Part shown: piece by piece, positions 52,031 through 64,000 of the stretch
Numbering within the stretch: the first letter of the stretch is position 1
Layout of the letters: the number at the start of each line of letters is the position of its first letter
NCBI RefSeq assembly: GCF_002113885.1
Contig: NW_018404492.1
Coordinates: 4,542,341 to 4,606,340, forward strand
Length of the DNA: 64,000 nucleotides
From: Mizuhopecten yessoensis
Lineage: Eukaryota
Direction: 5' to 3'
Notes under the pieces: generated by a model
Told to the model about the DNA's origin: nothing
Database searches by the model: none
What the model saw: the letters and a program-made list of their open reading frames with translations, nothing else
Program-made: the position numbers and the translations under genes

Positions 52031-54011
52031 ATGATATAATGAATTTACTATTATCATTTTTCTCTGGTGTTTAAAAGATGGACGACATGATGAAATAAAA
52101 GTAAAACAACCAGAAAAGAAAAGTACGTATACGGTTATACTGTAGTTGTTACTTATATTGTCTATACATAAACTCGCACTACAAACAGATAGACATAAAA
52201 ATAGTACATAAACTACGCATACAATCGCACTACCGACCAACAAACATTTAAATATATATAAAACTAACATGAAAATAACACAGAAACACAAACGTGGTCA
52301 TGATCTAAAAATGACTGAATAAATTTCCGCAAGACGGTTACTAATGAAGGGGAGATAAAAGAATCACCAAAAAAAAGATAAAACAGAAAAAAATGAGAAA
52401 ACATAGGAACAACACTCAAAATATCGTGAATCACGATGAAGGTAATGTTGTGATCGAGATTTAATTTTTACTTCTACCCTGGACAGCCATATAAAAATAC
52501 CATGATAAATCAGACACACTCAACGGTTTCTGCTAATAATTCCAGTGTTAATGCTCACGTATGAATATCATAAATTTATTCACTAGAAATCGAACTGGAA
52601 TACTTAGTTTTTAAATTCAAAATTTGGCCATTCCTATTTCTGAGGAAATATGAGGTTGTCGATCTCCCATATTGCTTCACATTCTTATAAAATAAAGGAT
52701 TTTCATCATATTAGCTTTATTGACAAGTACACTTCTGAAGAGGCTTAAATGTCCCCTGAAAATATATTACTGACGCCATGTTACGGTAACAATTAATCAA
52801 AAATAGCAGTTATGTCGCTTTCAGTTATGTTGCCTATCATGATTTACCTATTTAACCAGAACCTCAATAATAACATGAGTTTTCATAGCGGTGATTGCAA
52901 TTAACGGACGAAAGGTTGGGTGTCTATGCTACCGTACTCAGGTGAGATGGCCCTATTCACTGGTCTTGATATGACCCGTCATCTATTGACAATGGTTTCA
53001 TGCTGGCTTAGTTGCTGCGGTAATGTAATACTATTAACAAACAAACACAGTTATGGTTGAAAGCATCATATAAAAGTCAATAATATTTGGTTGATTTGTG
53101 TTAAAATATTTTCCCTTGGATCTAAAGGCAAAAAGATATCAAAGTAAATGGATATGCGGGTTTAGTATCATGTGCGTCAGCTTTCCCTTTCATGTTGCGT
53201 TGCCTACACTAATGAATGTGACTTCAACAATTTTTATATCTAGTAATTCCTCGCCTGTGCATTATTATTCCTGTTATAATAGTGTATAAAGACGGATGGG
53301 AAATACTGGGTGACCATAGGTGAATCATTTTTGTACCAATCTACACCGTAATTGATTTAATTGTCAAGTGCGACTCGTTCAAGTACATGGCCATCGTAAA
53401 ATGGAGCTACCACGTCTGTTTCTCGGGATGATATTACTGACAGATACAACCAAATAACAAATCAAGCTGACTGTAATAAAATTAACTTTGGTTGTGAAAT
53501 TCAATAAACATTTTTGAAACGTTTTCGTCCGTTCTCTTATGAAATAATTGTATAAGTGCTATCTTGCTACAGGAGCCATTGAGTTTAAATGGATATGTAC
53601 GTAACTATGGAATCATTCTGAAACTCCTTTTTATCGAATAGCCAGTTTTAAAATAAAAAGATTAAACAGTACTCACTGATCATATTTAGAGCCATGACTA
53701 CAATATTAACAATGAAACATTATACTTTGAAATGTCTATGTCTCAAACCAGTTTTGCTAGGAATACGTTATCCGGTGATATGGTATCAACACAAGACTTC
53801 AAGATAAAATATAACGCAATGCTGACTTTATACACTGTACAACTTATTGTTTCATTTTGATAAGGGGAATTATACTATACTACCGCCTTCATGGTTTTCT
53901 TTACCACAGATACATTTAACCTTCTTAGTTGTTCAGAAGTCCTCAAAGAGCAAGGTTGTAATTTGTGTTATCATCAGTGCCGTGTGATTATGTATTGAAT
54001 GGAAACTGAAG

Positions 54012-54250
54012 GTTTTGGTTTGGTTTGTTTGTGTTTTACTTCCTATCAACAATTATGGTCATTTAAGAACGTGCCAGGTTTCGGTGGTGGAGGAAATCCG
54101 GAGTTCCCGGAGAAAAAACCCACCGACCTATGGCTAGTACCAGGCGACTGCCCGACGTAGGTCTCGAATCCGCGAACCAGTGGTGGAGGACTAGTGGTAC
54201 ATTATGTAGCAGAATGCCAGACGCCTTAACCACTTGGTCACCGCGGCCCC
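54012..54250 (-). mobile_element. tRNA-derived V-domain SINE
   Basis: Head GGGGCCGCGGTGACCAAGTGGTTAAGGCG (A box), GGATTCGAGAC (B box), V-domain core TTTCTCCGGGAACTCCGGATTTCCTCC and an (AAAC/AAACC)n tail. Confidence 0.88.
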
Positions 54251-56884
54251 TTAAAACTAAAGGGAGTCTTTTATTGTTTATTATATAACAAACTGCAATA
54301 ATCATTTCATGTTTACATGTATCCAGTGTCAATGTATAGATAACATAGAGGGACTAATTGTCAATTATATTTTTCCCGATATTACTGTATAGATAACCTA
54401 AGCTATGTATTGCATTTCTATTTGATCATATCAATCTTGTTACAACTCCCACTCAAGACTTTCTGTTCGGGTGTAGATAAAGTGACTAGAAAAGATGGTG
54501 TTGTGATACATACCTGAAAGGGGCTTATCGGTAACATCTTCCTAAACACATCTTATTTGAAAAAAAACTTCAGGAGGTAACCCAGTCAAAATGACAGCCT
54601 GCCTTGTTGTCAAGCATGATGGTAATTTTTGATGTTGCATCAAACATTATGCTGCTAATTCGCGGCCTTTTTTATACATTAACATTTTTTCTATTTTACT
54701 TTAGAGATGTTTATAAACAGAATTGTTTCTTTTCATAATCACTTATATTTCAGTCGTATACTTAACGGATATCTTTCAGTTTCATAATTCTGCCATACTC
54801 GTGAATAATAAAATACTAAGGTTCAAAACACAAGAGCATGTGTTTAAAGCTCAATATTCATCTAACGTCTAAATATCAGCTTCAGTTCGTATTTTAAGGA
54901 TAAATAAGGATGGGCCTAGCACACTAATAGTTCGTTGACTCTCAGTCACCGGTGAAATACAGTCTGCGTCATTTATCTGTTTCTAAAATAGGCCTAGTGT
55001 GTTGCCTGTGATCTAGTGTTGTTATTCACCTTAGATTAATGTTAGATAGGCCTCCTTATCTTTTCCGAATGTCAACGGCCTTTTCAAATGCAATTAAATC
55101 ATATAAAAACCCTAGAGCCCCTTGGGCTTAAACTTTGATATACATGTAGATGTTTCATTGTGGCTATATATAGGAGTTATAAATAATTGGAAGTTGACGC
55201 AAGCCTTACGGCACGAAGACAATGTGCTACATTGTAGGTTTTACTGAAAAACGGAAATTTATTCTTTGAAATAAATCGTGACATATGTTATATCCCACTG
55301 CATGTCGTAAACGGTGGCTAATGTTGGACCCTGCATCATCGGGGATGTCTTCAGTGTCTTCTGTTAAGAGAGCATTGAAGAAACTAAAACTGATCAGCAG
55401 CTCCATTTGTAATATATGGATCTGTATATTATCTCTCTACGTTCTATCCACCTTTTAGTTCAAACGCCGTCCTTAACAACACTTCACTTTCGGCCTTGGT
55501 GTTGGACGTTTGCCAAAATGAGAGAGGCTGCGGGCTGTCTCCAGGCCAGGACGAATTGAAGTCTTTTAAAATGGTAGTTGTTATTCCCTGCTTTATGTTC
55601 AGTACTTAACGAAAAAGCAAATATTTGTCTAACGCGATAGCGCGGATCTGATGCAAAATATTGTTTGCTAAACTAAAATGCCTCAGACGCTCAGCGCAGT
55701 ATTTGGTTTTATTGATATGGCCTATCCTTATTTTGCTGCCTGCTCAATAAAAATGAAAAGCTGTCGGTTTGACTCAAATAGAGAATTTTTCAGACTTATG
55801 CGAAACTTCATGAGGTCTAGTAGAATGTCTGGAAAAGTTTAATAATATAAAAATGAATTCTTACCATTTATACAGTTTTGCCATGTCATTTATGTGATAA
55901 TCATTAATGTTATTAAAGATACCTGTATTCAAAGAGAAGGCATAACGTGTGCTTAATCCTGTCCGTAATAATTTTGTTGATAATCACTTCCATCATTTTC
56001 GTCTCGTTGCGCTCGGCAATAACTATCGTATAATTCTTTCATTTAATGATGGTTTAAGGGAACATTTAATAAATTTTAATCCATAAATATTCCCTTATTA
56101 TTAATAACTTAGTAGACGACACATGAACATAATATGTGATAAAATGATTACAAGTTAAAAAACAAAATCACCATATTTGTTTGTACATGTATATATTTTC
56201 GATCACACTATTAGATAAGCCAGATCCCACAACCTTGCTCAGCACTAAGTCCAAAAGCAAGATGTTGCCAACTAAGCCGTTTTGAAACGAGAGTCGATGG
56301 AGAAAGAACAGAACAAAGTATTCCCAATGTTGCAATGAACGTAGCAAATTAGTACATGTATGGTTGCGTTTGTGAAGACACAACATCAGATTAAACATCC
56401 TCGCAACTGTTAATGTCTTCTGAAGACGGTAACTTAGGGAGACACCGTCATATGGGAACAGCAGATCAATTGTTGTTTATTCAATGTCCACATACACTGT
56501 AGCAGGTTAAAAACGACTCTGCAGGGCTCCATATTAAGTCACCACTAACGAAACAATGATACCATGCTTACCAGGTTACCTTTCAACAAAATTAGGAATA
56601 TCTGTTATCATTTCCATGGCATGTATTAGGACAAAGAAAATAGATGATTTGTGAGGATTTATTTTGTTATGAATTATCTTGCTTCCTTAAAGCAACTACA
56701 AATATTTGATTTTTTCACTTACCACTGGTTAAAGTTAACCAACCTTTTGAACAACCGGGCCTACCCCCCCTCCCCCCCTAAAACACAAGCCTCTAGAAAC
56801 ATAGCAAGCAATACAATTGAGCAAGCACCTCAACATACCCTGCCTCCAGCAAACATACCAGCATACACGCTTACACAATATACA

Positions 56885-56946
56885 TAGAGGCACATCTTTA
56901 AATGACCTTAGATGTAAATAGGACGTTAAACAAAATAAAACAAAAC
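56885..56946 (+). mobile_element. SINE 3' tail fragment
   Basis: GCACATCTTTAAATGACCTTAGATGTAAATAGGACGTTAAACAAAATAAAAC; same tail family as the SINE at 54012. Confidence 0.6.
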
Positions 56947-58751
56947 ACCTCTTGAGCCTAGTAAACTCTGTGTTCGTATAAATTAGCTAATACGCTGTGA
57001 CATAAGGTTTGGCTGACTGCTACATGCTTCAAAAATGGCGCCGAGCTGCTGCTAGGTTGCTAAACCCTTTTAGCGAGAAGTTATCACAATATTTATATAC
57101 ATATCGTATGTATACCTGATGTTTTCAGAACGCCAAGTACAGAAAAATACTACAAAAAAAACTTTATTAAAATTATTAATAGACTCAATTTTTATTTTCA
57201 GTGAGGTTAACTACGACGGCTTTGCTCTTAATCATAAGATGTGCCAATGCCGAAGCGGTTGGTCATTATGCGAAACGACCAGAATAAATGAAAGGAAAAT
57301 ATTTGAATGATCACTCAAATTATTAAGCGATGAAAATATAATTATTAAACGACCGATCGTAGTGTGTTCATTTTGTGTTTACTAAAAATGCTGAAACATC
57401 TTTATGGAGTCATTGGAACATTATTTGCGTAGCTTCCATACACCGGTGTAACATGAAAAAGTGACCGGCGTAGAAAACCTACCCGGGGGTCATTTTTCTA
57501 CGATAGAAATCTTACCCGGGATCACATCTTTACGTAGAAATCCTACCCGGGCAGCCGTAGAAAACATACCCATATCTATTTATTTTTACTTCGTCCTGTG
57601 AAAAAGTGACCCCGTAGGAAAGTGACACGGATCTTAGGAAAAGGAAACATTACCCTCTATGCACGAGCATATATATACCAAAAATAAATTACTCTCTCCT
57701 ACACTAGAGCATCTAGATTCACCAAAGTCCTCATAATACAAAGATGTTGTGATCGAAGTCTTTGGATATCAGGATGCGTTCGTCATCGTGTGTATTGACC
57801 AATGCCGCTTTCTGGGATTCTGACGACGCTACGGACCAGTACATTTTGGAAATGTAATTCTTTAATCCACATTCGGTTCTCTTAAATACAACGTGCTCAA
57901 CACTGATAGGACAGGTTCATAGTGTGCACATACATTTTACATGTGAATGCTCATTTGGAAAACATTTCCACTTTGGAGGCAAGATTTAAATTCTAACCAC
58001 TTGAAATGAGGTTTTCCGTATCCAATCACCATATTGACAACACACCATACACGTAAATAACAGTTTCAAGTTTGTCAGTTATTATTTGTATTTCTACCTC
58101 CGTTCACCATGTCCCTATTTCTTGCATTCTAGATCTATTCACATATTCATGTACCGGACGAATTTTATATTTTTCCATGGTTTCCGTTAAGTGATTTATG
58201 ATATAGTATCTGATCAGGACATGGTTCGTTTGACCAACGAAGAACTGAATGGCCGGAATAAGTACTGTCCATCACCTCTTATCTGTGCCATCTGTTTACA
58301 TCAAAAGAATTTTCTCTTTGTTTGAGAAAGTGTTTGGAGCCATACCAAATATTTTTGTCATTTAGCATCAACAGGAATAAAAAAAAAGCAATGGGATAAT
58401 GCCCCTTCAGCAGACACGCTGCAATCTTGGTCAAGTACATTTTCGCAAGAAGGGCCCTCCCATTCATATGAAAGAGTATTGTCACTGGATTGCTGATGTA
58501 AGATCAAGTTTTCGTCCCTTTCTGGCGGCCTTTCTTGGGCTATGTACAGTAGCAGTAAGTTGTCACCAAACTTAAATACTGCGTTTTTAACTTTTTTTGT
58601 CATGATAACGCTTTTGTTTTCGTTGTGCATATTTGATATTCTGAGCTGCCACTTCCCTCACTTGGGAAAGAGCAACACATGTATCAATTCTTGACTTTAA
58701 AGGGACTGCTGCTATATCCAGTTCAATAGGCAACCTGGCCGTTCCCAAATC

Positions 58752-59545
58752 ATTATTATTATTATTATATTCTTAACGCCCCATCAACACATAAGAGGAC
58801 AGTAGGGCCAAATAAAAGAAGACAAAACATTTTAAAGGAAAAACACCAAACGATAGAAAAGGTCAACTTGAATACATTGAAAAAGTGGCCATGATTTAGT
58901 TAAATATTTTTGAACAGACAGAAAAGGGATATGAGATCCGTTATATTATCATAAAAAATTCTCTTGTTGGCCAGAGGTCAATGTAATCTAATAACAAGTG
59001 TTTCACTGTAAATGGTTCGTGACATGCTGTGCATTGCGGCTGATCTTCCCATTTTAATAAATAAGAATGGGTTTTGTAGGAATAACCAATCCGGAGACGG
59101 GCAAGGACAACCTCGACTCGGCGGTTTTCTCTATAGCTTGGATAGCATTCACCGATTTTCGGTTGACAGAGTGTAATTTATTGTCTACGAATTGATTCCA
59201 ATTTTTTTGCCCCCTTCTCCTTACAAAACTTGTTATTGAAGGTTTAAAATCTGTAAAATGAAGTTTACAATCAACAGGTGGTAGCAATAAAGTCGCTTTG
59301 GCGGCGCGATCTGCCTTTTCATTATCTGGTATTCCCACATGCCCGGGACCCAGCATAATGTAATGTGACATTTTGAGGAAATACTATATAATAGTGTTAA
59401 TATTTTCCTAAATGAGATATTCTTCAAAGTTTTGTTGCGAAAGCTCTGTAGAACAGATAAAAAATCAGAATAGATTATTGACTTCAGTACACCACTTAAT
59501 TTAATGTGTTCAAGGGCAAGATAGATAGCGTGGGCTGCCGTAACC
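58752..59545 (-). mobile_element. 5'-truncated Nimb/I-clade LINE with RNase H
   Basis: LCWVPG-HVGIPDNEKADRAAK, VVLARLRIG, CTACHEPFTVKHLL, 3' GATGGGGCGTTAAG and a (TAA)n tail. It splits the integrase relic. Confidence 0.88.
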
Positions 59546-59984
59546 CAAAGATAATGGATCTATCTTCGTTGACATGTGTTCTGATGTTCTTTATGCGAAA
59601 AGAGCAAACGGAAGTTTTACGTCCCAATCATTCTGATTATCATTAACAAATGTTGACAGCGATACGCACAGAATGCTGTGGAGTTTTTCGGTTATTCAGT
59701 GGGTGGAATACAGATGCTATTATGTGGTCTATGTCAAACACTTTATAAAAAACATCATTTATGATTTTACAAAACTCGCGGCCCTGGTCTGTAATGACTA
59801 CCTCTGGTACACCATGCGTGCACACGAGATGTTTCAGGACTGTTTCTGCTTATTTGTCTTTGATTGGCTTCAAATCTATCCATTTCATAAAATATTCCGT
59901 AAATGTCAGAATGTAACGATTTCCAATAAAATTAAATGTGGAAGGGAGTGTTGGCTGGTTTTTTTTTCACGATAACATGCAATC

Positions 59985-61290
59985 AGACCATTTTTTCACA
60001 CTAAAAAAGAAATTGTACCCGGGTCGTTTTTCCATTGTAGAAATTGTACCCGGGTCGTTTTTCCATTGTAGAAAATGTACCCGGGTCGTTTTTCCATTGT
60101 ACAAAATGCACCATGGTCGTTTTTCATGGTAGAAATTGTACCTGGGTCGTTTTTTTTATTGTAATTAATGTAACAGGGTTATTTATTCATGGTAGAAATG
60201 TACCCATGTCATTTAATCATTGACAGTTGTGGGAACGTACAACGTTACACGATGTGCGGTGTGCGCGCGATGTGTGCACGGTGTGCGAACGATAACCATC
60301 TGGACGATTATTGCTTGCGCACATTTGTGCGGACGATGGACGAACGTTGTGCGATGACAATCGTGGTTGGTGTAAATTGAGGAATGGCTTAACAATAAAT
60401 ACGGCTTCGTGTTTAAACATAATTTTTTAAGTATATTTCTATACTTAGCTACATATATATGCTAATCTTTCTATCTGTATTTCCTTGAATTTACAAATGG
60501 TGTTTTTGGTGTTTTTTAAAGGACCCAAAAAGACACATGTAAAACAACACATACATGTATTCACACGGACACGTACATGTATACAGGTAAACATAGCCAA
60601 CTTGTACCTGTACCTGGACCGTAGTTTCCCCCACCCGGGGCATTTACGTAACCTGCCTAGGTGTGAAAATCCAGGTGAAGAGGTGCTTAAGACCAAAACG
60701 AATAAAATTACAAATACTTAATGTCCAGTTGTGTTTTTATAACGGTCAGTCGGTATCACATATCAGCTCTATTTGTCAGGCACAGGCCAGGTAAAACTCC
60801 GGTCAATCATTAAAATGTTATTGACCTATTCTGTTACCTGGGAGCTAAACCTATTCTTGACAGTCTAACGGTCACTGTAATGCTGAGTAACACGCATTGA
60901 ACAATTAAACATAATTCTCATTAATTTGATGAGCAATTAATATATACAGTGTTCTTTATTCCATACGAGGGCTCCGGATTATTTTCATTCCGTAATATTG
61001 ATCAATCAAATCGCACATTTGTGTGGAGAGAAGCGCACAACGGGGCGAACGATTGTTAAATCGTACAGTTGTGCGCACCATGTGTGGACGATGTGCGGCC
61101 GGTGTGTGCACGTTGTGCTTTCCCACAATTGTAGAACATGTACCAGAGTCATTTTTTGAATTTCATGGTAGAAAACGTACCTAGGTCGTTTTTTCATGGT
61201 AGCAACTGTATCCGGGTCAAATATTCATGGTAGAAATTGTACCCGGGTCGTGTTTTCATGGTAGAAAACGTACCCGGTCGTTTTTCCATT
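59985..61290. repeat. ~30-bp tandem array interrupted by a MITE
   Basis: GTAGAAATTGTACCCGGGTCGTTTTTCCATT-like units at 59985-60220 and 61132-61290. Confidence 0.9.
60224..61131 (+). mobile_element. MITE of the same family as 48392-49337
   Basis: CAGTTGTGGGA … TCCCACAATTG|TA; internal sequence is colinear with the other full copy in the opposite orientation. Confidence 0.88.
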
Positions 61291-62130
61291 ATAGAAAATG
61301 TACTCGAGTCAGCCCCCAACTCATCATCAGCACACAAACAAAATCACTGTTGTTAATTATCTAAATCAGGGACCGACAATTTCCGATTGGTGGAGAGTCT
61401 GCGACAATTTTCATCTATTCCTTATTTTTATAATCAATACCTCATTTGACAAAAATAAAAATAAAATAACTGTCGGTGGTGCGGTGCTCTACACAACATT
61501 GTTATTCCGAGGTGGGCTCCATGTTTCACGTGCATGTTACGAATGATGCTAGATACATCTTCCTTCCTGCTAACTACTCTTAAAAGTTGACCTGTCACCT
61601 TTTTGAATTGCCTTCGATCTTCGCCCTACAAACCGAACGTTCTGCATTTTCTCCTGAAATTTAGAATTTTAGTACACATTCGCGGGCCTATTCGTTTATG
61701 CGGAACAACCTGTTTGTCCGTTTATAAATGTAACGATTTCGGGTATTAATCCTGGCGGACCTGCAAATGTTTATGCAGGCCTTGCAAAGCTTTGTCACAG
61801 CTCGCCTGAAATCGGCATCAGATTACTAGGTCCGATTTTATTCAATAAACGAACAACTGTGGTCCGACTGGTTTAATCGTTTAAACGAAAACGGCCCAGA
61901 TTTCGTCGGGTTACACCCTGAATTTTAGACCTTCACCCGATTAAATAATTTCACAAGCCGGGTTTCGATTTTGACAAGGATTTTGTCAATTTCACTCGTT
62001 TTTGTCCGGAATCTGTTCGTATATTAGAAGTGACCAAAGTCACAACACTTTCAAGGACTTTAAGGACCTTTCAATTTAAAATCTATATATCAATCCCTAC
62101 ACAACATTCGCTTCCATAATATAACCCTTT

Positions 62131-62305
62131 CTTGTATCATGGTTTAAGGAACACTTTCTTGCATCATGGTTTAAGGAACCCCTTGTATCATGGTTTAAGG
62201 AACCTCTTGTATCATGGTTTAAGGAACCCCTTGTATCATGGTTGAAGGAACCCCTTGTATCATGGTTTAAGAAACCCCTTGTATCATAGTTTAAGGAACC
62301 CCTTG
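62131..62305. repeat. 24-bp minisatellite, ~7 copies
   Basis: TTGTATCATGGTTTAAGGAACCCC units. Confidence 0.95.
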
Positions 62306-64000
62306 CTAATTCTTATAAGTTTAATTATAGAGGCCATAATAACAAAATGTCACAGAAAAAGACCTTTAGAAACTAGATATTTTTTTATAAAACATTTCAT
62401 TTGAATATATTTCCGTACATTATTGTAATAGGACGGGGTCCAAGGTTTCTGGGTCATCTTCTTTTGTTTATAAAGGTCAAAAATCGCATTGCTGGGTCAT
62501 CTTCATTTGTTTATAAAGGTCAAAAATCGCATTGCTATACTCGCTAATGCATTTTATTCATACTGGAATTAGTTTTAACTGATTCAACTGTTTCTCCATT
62601 GAGAACGAATGAATAATACATAAAAGTGATTCAATAATAAAGCATATTTACACACCAAAAATGTGCCCCAAATCGTATCAGAGCGCTCCTAACCCGAAAA
62701 TTATACCGGTACTCAAACAGAACTTATAAAGAATATAGTTAATGTGGGCTCTTGATTTTGCACCAACGGCAAGGAACACGAGAAAACTACTTTGAAGCAG
62801 ATTTCACCTGTTCGGAACGTGTTTCTGTTATGTGAGGAAGGTGCGAATATTTTTCTTCATGATATCTTATATGTAAAACAAATGGGACAAACGGTTAAAC
62901 AGATAACTCTGATAGTATAGTCCATGTCATCGGGGGCCTTTGGCTGATATCTGGACTCTCGGGCATGATATCAAGACAGTAATATATATGTATAATTACC
63001 TCTATATTTTGTACCCGATTTTCCTCATTATAGATATAAAATTCATCCGGGTCATCTTTGTTCCCTTATTTTACATATCTCATTGAAAATGTAATGTCAT
63101 TAATAAAATTGCCTTCAATCATGCTATGATCACATCACATAACATATTGTGAAGCTGTAATAGTTTCCCGTATATCCGTTATTTCTCAAGTATGCCAGCA
63201 ATATTTGTTATAAGCGTGACGTACGAATTAAATATATGGGTTTATTTGCTATACAAAAATTGTGAAAGAGTGTGTACCTTGTGTGCACGGTGAAAAACTT
63301 TGATAATAGCGTGCACAGTTGTGCGATAGGTATCACGGTAAATTCAATTAAGGAATGGCCTGTAAAAAGAACACGAAATCATATTAAAACTTATAACTTT
63401 CCTGATACGTAGACGCTGTACGTTGTTCCACTGGAGCCATTCGGATTTGTTCTTTCTATTACGCATATACATGTATATATGTCCACGTTTTATCGGATAT
63501 TTATAACAACGGAACGATCGATTGTTAAATTGCCCAATTATATAACGATATGTTGTCATATTTCGGACATATCACGTACCAAAATTGTTAAAAGTATGTC
63601 GATATACAGTCATTCATACATGTACATGTACGTACACACAGATAAAATATAAGTTAAACAACATCACCTGTTAATTACAGGTAACGGATGCATTTTTTGT
63701 ACCACTAGTCAACCGTGAAGGACGCATGAACAAATATCAAAGATATGATCGAGTTGGGTTTGATAACTGTCAAATTAATATGAACTCTAATCGGCGATCA
63801 ACTCCATACAATTCACGTCGTACGTGTACTAGAACTGTACTTGACAATACAACCCCATTACTAACAATTTTACAGTAATTGTAATAATGTGGAACATGCA
63901 TTGAAGAATAATTAAAAAAGTGCAAAATATATATGTACCAATATGATATTAAATACGTAGACGCTGTACGTTGTTCCACTGGAGCCATTCGGAATAGTTC

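Larger units (their letters stand above)
57447..61310 (-). mobile_element. Ginger-like DNA transposon relic (Gypsy-type integrase without RT)
   Basis: Integrase motifs GNRYILTFTEYFMKW, HGVPEVVITDQGREF, NQNDWDVKLPFALFA, ARLPIELD, AQNIKYAQRKQKRYHDKK and WEGP. TGTAAC start at 57447 and related TACCCGGG repeat arrays on both sides. Confidence 0.65.

Noticed and set aside
57030-57070. Promoter-like AAAATGGCG and GTTGCTA motifs
   Set aside because: No associated exon or ORF identified; such motifs are common in TE remnants.

Overview
AT-rich eukaryotic genomic DNA, probably from an invertebrate; the SINE and transposon complement suggests a bivalve mollusc (inference). The left 25 kb holds the 3' part of a + strand spliced gene that I recognise as TPGS2 (tubulin polyglutamylase complex subunit 2). 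I could assemble five phase-consistent exons plus a probable 66-nt cassette exon. The most striking structure is the 11.2-kb intron at 11081-22292. It consists almost entirely of a 29-31 bp satellite whose unit is a copy of the exon's own 3' end plus its 5' splice site (…CAACAAACACAG|GTAGGT), giving roughly 350 degenerate copies of the donor junction. An in-frame stop lies 16 nt into the intron. The satellite also contains a ~600-bp internal inversion starting at a perfect 72-bp palindrome and a captured LINE fragment. The rest of the window is a transposon graveyard: a full-length Gypsy LTR element (TSD, PBS, PPT), CR1, L2 (5'-inverted), Tx1/L1, Penelope and Nimb/I relics, Tc1 and mariner relics, a Ginger-like integrase element, MITEs, SINEs and several minisatellites. 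All translations and alignments were done by eye; no database searches were run.
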